Shown here: positions 27,824 to 32,755 of the stretch, piece by piece | Position numbering within the stretch: position 1 is the stretch's first letter | Layout: every line of letters starts with the position of its first letter | Assembly: GCA_043805855.1 (NCBI GenBank) | Contig: JAZDHP010000035.1 | Location: forward strand, 1-32,755 | Reading direction: 5' to 3' | Length of the DNA stretch: 32,755 bases | Source of the DNA: Candidatus Micrarchaeota archaeon | GTDB taxonomy: Archaea > Micrarchaeota > Micrarchaeia > Norongarragalinales > UBA8480 | Translations under genes and position numbers: made by a program | Notes under the pieces: model-generated | The model's input: only the letters and a program-made list of their open reading frames with translations | Databases searched by the model: none | Told to the model about the DNA's origin: nothing

Positions 27824-28324
27824 ATGCCAGCAGATAAAGCTAAATCTAAAAACAATCCCGTGGAAACGCCTGCGCTGCAAGAGAATAAACCCGGGCTGGG
27901 AAAATTCCTTGGAATTGTATTAATTATATTTGTTGTGCTTTTTGTAATTATATTTCTAGTAGCGTTTGGCAGTATATTTGCATATTACCTTTTCAGCGCC
28001 CAAAACGCTGCGGCTTGTGATTCAAAAGACTGTTTTATAACGCACGCGCAGAGCTGCGAAAACGCCACGCTGAACTTCAACGAAACTTACGGCTTAGTTC
28101 ACTACAACACAACTGGCAACTGTACGTTCACTAAGACGCTCGTTCACCTGCAAGCTGGCGAGTCAATTGAAATGAAAAGCGCAATTGAAGGCAAATCGCT
28201 AACTTGCGCTTACACTAAAGACAACTTTAACGAAAACCTAGTGAACGACTTAGTGCAAGGAATAGAAAACTGCCAAGGCGAACTCAAAAACACAATCATG
28301 CAAATGCTAGTGTTCACACAGTAA
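27824..28324 (+). CDS. Single-pass membrane protein with Cys-rich extracellular domain
   Basis: Long hydrophobic segment followed by CDSKDCF...SC...NC...TC...NC; 2 nt after the previous gene. Confidence 0.75.
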   Translation: MPADKAKSKNNPVETPALQENKPGLGKFLGIVLIIFVVLFVIIFLVAFGSIFAYYLFSAQNAAACDSKDCFITHAQSCENATLNFNETYGLVHYNTTGNCTFTKTLVHLQAGESIEMKSAIEGKSLTCAYTKDNFNENLVNDLVQGIENCQGELKNTIMQMLVFTQ

Positions 28325-28382
28325 AATAAACTGCAAATTTAACCCCGACTGCTATTCTTATTCGCAGCAGCTAATAATCGAA

Positions 28383-29681
28383 CTAACTTCTTGACAAAAT
28401 TTGTTTTATTTTAGGTAAGTCTAAATCTGGAATGCCTTGCGACTCTCCTCGAATTGGTACTACCCATCCTTTTTCCGATGCCATAGCGCACAAAGCGGGT
28501 TTCGCTGTCAAAAGGAAATTCCGGCTAGCACGTTCCATCATGTCGGTATGTGAGTCGCCAAATACAAAAACTTCATGACCAGTTAAGCGTTTGCGTTGTA
28601 GTAGACCCGCGACCGCTTTTTCTTTTTCAGTAATCATATTTGAACGCAATTCGCCAGTGTAAATGCCGCGGCGTTTCTTTACCCACACGCCAATAGCATG
28701 ATGCGCGCCAACTGTTTTGGCAAACGGTGCAATTACTTCAATAGGTGAACCTGAAACCAATATCGTTTTGCCCCTACGGTTTAAAACGCGTAGCAACTCT
28801 TGGCTAAATGGATAAATTCTAAGGTTCAGTGCGCCGCGCTTGCTTAGAACTTTCTGTGCAAACCGCCTGCCTTCTGCCTCTACTTTTTTTACGTTTTGTC
28901 CTTTTAGCCCAGCTGCCCAGCATTTTATCGCACGCGTGGCGCCAATTTCATAAGTTGTTTTATTTTCTTTAACGCTTTTAATAGCATCTCGCAATTCAGC
29001 TAGTTTATTCGGTTTGAATAAACCTTTATTTGTTAAGTGCTCTGCAAATGATTCAATGAAAAAACCAGGTCCGGTTAAAGTGCGGTCAACGTCAAGTACT
29101 GAAACTATCCGCTTTTCTTTATCTAAATGCTGCCTTAAAACTTCAACAACGCTAAGGTAATGAGGTACTATTAGCTGTGGTTGTTCCTTAGCAAGGCGCT
29201 CAACTTCGCGCAAAGGCACGAATACTGGAAAAGACAATTCATTTGAACTAGAAGCTGACGGCGCTTGTCTAACTTTTTCCAAAGCGGTAGTTATATCGTT
29301 TTCAAATGTTCCGCCAAACTTTTCAACAGCACCGTGCTGAAGTTCAAGTAAATAAGCGTTGATGTTAAACTCAGTTCCTACATGTTCTGGCAAAACGCGC
29401 TTGCCGCCAATTTCAAGATCAGCGCGAGAAACATAAGAAGGTACGCCGATAAAAGAAACAACCCTGCGCACGTGGCTACTTTTAATAAATGGTAATTCTT
29501 CATGCAACTCGCGGTTAAACGCTTGCCGTGGCGATTCACTTTCCCTTATACCACCGCCAAAACCAGGCTGTAACAAACCGCGCCACCGTCCTTCTTTTTT
29601 AGTTCTTCGTTCTGACAAAGAAACGTACACGTCGCCGTTTCTACGAACGTACATCAACGTGCCAGTGCCAAATCGAACCGT
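28383..29681 (-). CDS. NUDIX hydrolase-HAD (IB/PSP-like) phosphatase fusion; start uncertain (29681 ACG versus 29657/29654)
   Basis: Nudix box GGIRESESPRQAFNRELHEEL; HAD motifs LDVDRTL, LVSGSP, EKEK, FGDSHTD. Confidence 0.8.
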   Translation of the reverse strand, partial: TVRFGTGTLMYVRRNGDVYVSLSERRTKKEGRWRGLLQPGFGGGIRESESPRQAFNRELHEELPFIKSSHVRRVVSFIGVPSYVSRADLEIGGKRVLPEHVGTEFNINAYLLELQHGAVEKFGGTFENDITTALEKVRQAPSASSSNELSFPVFVPLREVERLAKEQPQLIVPHYLSVVEVLRQHLDKEKRIVSVLDVDRTLTGPGFFIESFAEHLTNKGLFKPNKLAELRDAIKSVKENKTTYEIGATRAIKCWAAGLKGQNVKKVEAEGRRFAQKVLSKRGALNLRIYPFSQELLRVLNRRGKTILVSGSPIEVIAPFAKTVGAHHAIGVWVKKRRGIYTGELRSNMITEKEKAVAGLLQRKRLTGHEVFVFGDSHTDMMERASRNFLLTAKPALCAMASEKGWVVPIRGESQGIPDLDLPKIKQILSRS

Positions 29682-29778
29682 TTAGACCACTACAATAAGC
29701 TAAACGGTGCAAAGTAAAAAACCCTCGTAACAAAGCATCAGTAAACTAAACCGCAAAAAGAAAAGCTTTTTTTTATAA

Positions 29779-30063
29779 CTAGTTTGACTCTGGGATTATT
29801 GGTGGCCTTTCATCAGTTAGGAGCGAATAGTACGCTTGGAACTTGTACATATAGTCAAGGTTCTTTTGCTGTACGCTTGCAAGTGAAACACTCACTCGTC
29901 CGCGCACTAGAACTGAAAGGAAGTTTACAAACAGGCAAAGCATCCCGACTAAGTTAAGAATGTAAAGCACAATTAACAGCGGGATCCAGTAAACTAGTCT
30001 AACTAATATTTCCTTCCGTGAAGAAGTTGTCGGTACAGTGACCTTAGTTTGAACAGATTTCAT
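29779..30063 (-). CDS. DUF4389-like small membrane protein
   Basis: SRKEILVRL..IP, hydrophobic helices, AYYSLLTDERPP; the ATG at 30063 is preferred because the longer ORF call overlaps the tRNA. Confidence 0.75.
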   Translation of the reverse strand: MKSVQTKVTVPTTSSRKEILVRLVYWIPLLIVLYILNLVGMLCLFVNFLSVLVRGRVSVSLASVQQKNLDYMYKFQAYYSLLTDERPPIIPESN

Positions 30064-30099
30064 GTAAGAAACAAAGCAAGTGCAATATAAAAAGGTAAA

Positions 30100-30211
30100 C
30101 GCCCTGGGAAAGAATCGAACTTTCGACTTCCTGGTTAACAGCTTCGCCTTTTCCACTCAATAGATTTTATCGAGGGGAAGAGCAGGCGCTCTACCTCTGA
30201 GCTACCAGGGC
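30100..30211 (-). tRNA. trnN: tRNA-Asn (GTT) with a 40-nt intron (30143-30182) at position 30/31; CCA not encoded
   Basis: Minus strand: GCCCTGG TA GCTC AGAGGTA GAGC G CCTG [intron] G CT GTT AA CCAGG AAGTC GAAAG TTCGATT CTTTC CCAGGGC G. All stems pair after removing the intron; a BHB motif lies at the junctions. Confidence 0.93.
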
Positions 30212-30298
30212 ATTTAAATTCGTGAAACTATTTAGAACTGGATTAGTTTAAAATCACTCACGTTTAGAGGTTTAGTAATAATGTTTTAGAAGTTATAC

Positions 30299-30997
30299 TT
30301 AGTCTCCGAGGTCTCCTTTTGGTTTTAGCAGGAAGTCGTAAAATTCTAATTTAGTTGGGCTTCTATTTTTTGTAGCTAGAGAAGCTTCAAAAACCGTTTG
30401 TTTTGGGTCAATTCCCTGTGCTTTGAGTTCTTTAATAAGAGCTTCGTGCGCAGCTTTTACTCGTTCGGTAATTTGTTCCGCTTGTTTGGGTTTTAAACCG
30501 TTAATTCTAGCTAATTCTCTTGGCAGATCATTAACATCTACAAACCAGTGGTATTGCCGCCATGTTCGATCGTCTCGCCTTTTGTTCAAGTTGCTTATAT
30601 TTACTTTTAATTTTCCTTCGTTATGCCGCAAGGATAAGTACACCCTGTAGTTTCTCCGTAGTTCAACGCGGTGCGCTATGATGTGAAAGGAATCACGTTG
30701 TCCCGGCTCGCTAAAGCGAGCGTGAGTGTATTTTATTCTATTCCAGTAGTTGAACATTTTTCTAACTTTAGTTTTCAATCCACGGTACGCGTCCATTCTA
30801 GGTAAATTTATCCACGTTGTTTTTTCTAAACTTCCATCTAAATTTGAACGTAATAGAACCCTACTTGCGCCGAAGAAGTGCCGCCAGTTGTATTCTTCTG
30901 GACTGCGGTAAACGCGATATGGTAAAACGCTGGTGCCTTCTACGCCGTTCAATGCTTTGCCAAGTAGTTCTAAACCATATTGCTTGTTATAGTACAT
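30299..30997 (-). CDS. Hypothetical basic (Arg/Lys-rich) protein
   Basis: ATG (MYYNK) at 30997 is 23 nt after TTTTTTAA (31021-31028, minus); no confident family. Confidence 0.65.
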   Translation of the reverse strand: MYYNKQYGLELLGKALNGVEGTSVLPYRVYRSPEEYNWRHFFGASRVLLRSNLDGSLEKTTWINLPRMDAYRGLKTKVRKMFNYWNRIKYTHARFSEPGQRDSFHIIAHRVELRRNYRVYLSLRHNEGKLKVNISNLNKRRDDRTWRQYHWFVDVNDLPRELARINGLKPKQAEQITERVKAAHEALIKELKAQGIDPKQTVFEASLATKNRSPTKLEFYDFLLKPKGDLGD

Positions 30998-31105
30998 AAT
31001 TAGTAATTTACGTTGGTTACTTAAAAAATCAATTTGTTTAGCTTGTTGCGAGTGCGTTTTTATATAACAAAGCAAAAACTCCCCTTAGCGACGTGAATTG
31101 CTTTG

Positions 31106-31774
31106 TTATAGCCTTACACTTCGCTTTTTAGTAACTGGTTTGGCGAAGTGTAAGTTAATGAATTTGTCTTTTTGAACAGCTTCCCACAACAACGAAGGTT
31201 CGTGGTCTAGTTCTCTCTCGAGGTGGAATAGCATTTCGCGGAATTGTTCCAAGTCGCTTTGAATGTGGTCAGTTATATCTCGGTCAATCTCTGGGTTTGT
31301 TAACAGAATTACGTCGCCTTTAGCAATGAAAATATTAGTGTAAACAATGTTCCCGTGACGTATTTTAAGCTTTTTTAATTTTAGCAATTCACCGGCTATG
31401 CTCCGGAGCGCGGCTAGTTTACGTTTGTTTGGTATGTTAGAAAGAAGAAATTGTTTCAAAGAAACAACTGGCTCGTGCGAGATTACCAGGTGGTGCCGTT
31501 GTTTTTCTGGATCCCATATGCTTAGAATCGGCTGTGGAAAGTTAGCGCCTTTAGCTGTTGCTCTGTCGAGAAACGGAAAGTAGTCTTTTTTTGTTCTACG
31601 TAGGTTAAAGTATTTTTTTTCACCGTTTACTTCAAGGGAAAACGGAACTGAAAGTGGCTTTATTGTGCGCACTAGTTCAAACGCGTTTAGAAAAACTGGA
31701 CTTTGCAGTAGAACTTCAAATTCCTGGTTGTAGATAACGTGCCCTTTGCCGAACTTTTTCTTTTTTATAGGCAT
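31106..31774 (-). CDS. Protein-kinase-like fold protein lacking catalytic aspartates (putative pseudokinase)
   Basis: FPQPIL, LVISHE..VSLKQFL, IAGELLKL...IRHGNIVYTNIFI...ILLTNPE...DLEQF resemble the RIO/Bud32/Kdo kinase C-lobe. Confidence 0.5.
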   Translation of the reverse strand: MPIKKKKFGKGHVIYNQEFEVLLQSPVFLNAFELVRTIKPLSVPFSLEVNGEKKYFNLRRTKKDYFPFLDRATAKGANFPQPILSIWDPEKQRHHLVISHEPVVSLKQFLLSNIPNKRKLAALRSIAGELLKLKKLKIRHGNIVYTNIFIAKGDVILLTNPEIDRDITDHIQSDLEQFREMLFHLERELDHEPSLLWEAVQKDKFINLHFAKPVTKKRSVRL

Positions 31775-31881
31775 TCTTTATTGGAAAGCCTCCCCCACAC
31801 GACTAATTGTGTTTTTGTACTCTATTGTATTGACGCGGTTTAAAAACCTTTTGATTAGGTGTTTTAAAATCGCTGTACAAT

Positions 31882-32755
31882 TTAGTTGAAAATGTTATTC
31901 TCTTCAATTACTTTTCTAATTTTGTCAGCTGCGTAAACTGGTTTCAAAAGCGTTGCCTGCCCGCGGATTCCTTTTCCAGAATGCACTGACAGCAGTAAAC
32001 CTAGATTTTCAAGTTCGTGAATATATTCGCGGTACCAGCGTGCAGTTCGCGGTTCCTTTCCCAATTTCTTGCACATTGCGCTATAGCGTTCGTAAACTTC
32101 GCCGGAAAAGTATAATTTTTCACCTTCGTCTTCAACGAGTTTTTTATACTGTACATCTTGAGAAACAACTGCCAACGCGTACAATACGAGTTGCAAGTGT
32201 TCTGGTAGTGAAGCAATTAACTCGCGCGCTTTATCTTCGTCAGCTGCAACGCGAGCAGCTTCAACTTCTTTGTCTGTAACTTTCTTTAAACCTTTAGCAT
32301 AGCTGAGCTCACCCGCGCGTAGGAGTAACGTTAGTGCGTATCGTGCGTCGCCGTTTTCGCCAGCTGCAATTGCACTTGCCAAACTAAGCGCATTTAGTTC
32401 AACTACATTATCTTGAAAAGACAATGGAATGCGCTGTTCTAAAATTGCCTGTAACTGCGGCGCGTTGTAAGGTGCGAATAAAATTTCCTCACTGCAAAGT
32501 GAACTCCTACTGCGCATGTCGAGCTTTTGCTTGAAATTTACCTTGTTGGAAATTCCAATCATTGAAACGCTTCCCTTTTTTAGTTCATCATTCGCGCGCG
32601 TCAACGTATAAACGAGACTATCTAAATCTTTCACAACGTCAATCTCGTCAAGAACTAGTACTAAGTGAGTTGAGTTTTTTTCTAAATTGTCAAGCACTTT
32701 TTCGTAAAGCACTGAAAATGAATAGCCAGTTTGTGGCGTCGCGTGGTCAAACTCC
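31882..32755 (-). CDS. cdc6: Orc1/Cdc6 replication initiation protein (5' end outside the window)
   Basis: PQTGYSFS, Walker B VLVLDEID, IGISN, PYNAPQL..IL..R, GDARYAL.LL.RAGE, C-terminal winged helix (ELENLGLL...GIRG). The frame is open to the window end. Confidence 0.93.
   Translation of the reverse strand, partial: EFDHATPQTGYSFSVLYEKVLDNLEKNSTHLVLVLDEIDVVKDLDSLVYTLTRANDELKKGSVSMIGISNKVNFKQKLDMRSRSSLCSEEILFAPYNAPQLQAILEQRIPLSFQDNVVELNALSLASAIAAGENGDARYALTLLLRAGELSYAKGLKKVTDKEVEAARVAADEDKARELIASLPEHLQLVLYALAVVSQDVQYKKLVEDEGEKLYFSGEVYERYSAMCKKLGKEPRTARWYREYIHELENLGLLLSVHSGKGIRGQATLLKPVYAADKIRKVIEENNIFN

Noticed and set aside
29682..29690. Stop-codon readthrough or recoding (GTG GTC TAA) at the NUDIX-HAD 5' end
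   Set aside because: TAA is used as a normal stop throughout the window; an ACG start or point mutation is the simpler explanation.
22952..30120. Genomic island integrated at tRNA-Asn
   Set aside because: No integrase was found, and I saw no duplicate of the tRNA 3' end in the window.
30064..30156. N-terminal extension of the 29779-30156 ORF
   Set aside because: Overlaps the tRNA-Asn gene; the ATG at 30063 gives a normal DUF4389-like protein.
31775..31881. Replication origin (ORB elements) next to cdc6
   Set aside because: Short gap with no recognisable TCCA-GTGGAAA-type ORB repeats; the upstream side of cdc6 lies outside the window.

Overview
Chromosomal window from an archaeon, most likely DPANN (Micrarchaeota/Diapherotrites-like; this is inferred from TATA boxes about 23-25 nt upstream of many start codons, archaeal-type HMG-CoA synthase, Cdc6/Orc1 and a BHB tRNA intron). 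Left to right: (1) a compact classical (PMK/MVD-type) mevalonate pathway cluster: HMGS (divergent, missing from the ORF track), class II HMGR, MVK, MVD, ERG8-like PMK and type 2 IDI; (2) an AbiEi/AbiEii type IV toxin-antitoxin pair with a perfect palindromic operator and an antitoxin frameshifted at an A9 run; (3) malic enzyme plus a true L-lactate dehydrogenase; (4) an HxlR/DUF24 regulator with an extra C-terminal CxxC heading a sufC-sufB-sufS-sufU operon that lacks sufD, with two GTAT-N7-ATAC boxes upstream and a 19-bp direct repeat where sufD would sit; (5) endonuclease IV, an HD hydrolase and an RHH/PIN (VapBC) pair; (6) a stand-alone phosphohistidine-swivel protein, nitroreductase and alpha/beta hydrolase; (7) PGI/PMI and DUF1624; (8) a block of Cys-rich surface or secreted proteins including a transglutaminase-like enzyme; (9) a NUDIX-HAD fusion that may start at ACG; (10) tRNA-Asn(GTT) with a 40-nt intron at the non-canonical 30/31 position; (11) basic orphan proteins including a pseudokinase, and a partial cdc6/orc1. 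No CRISPR array, integrase or transposase was seen. All family calls come from reading motifs by eye, not from database searches.
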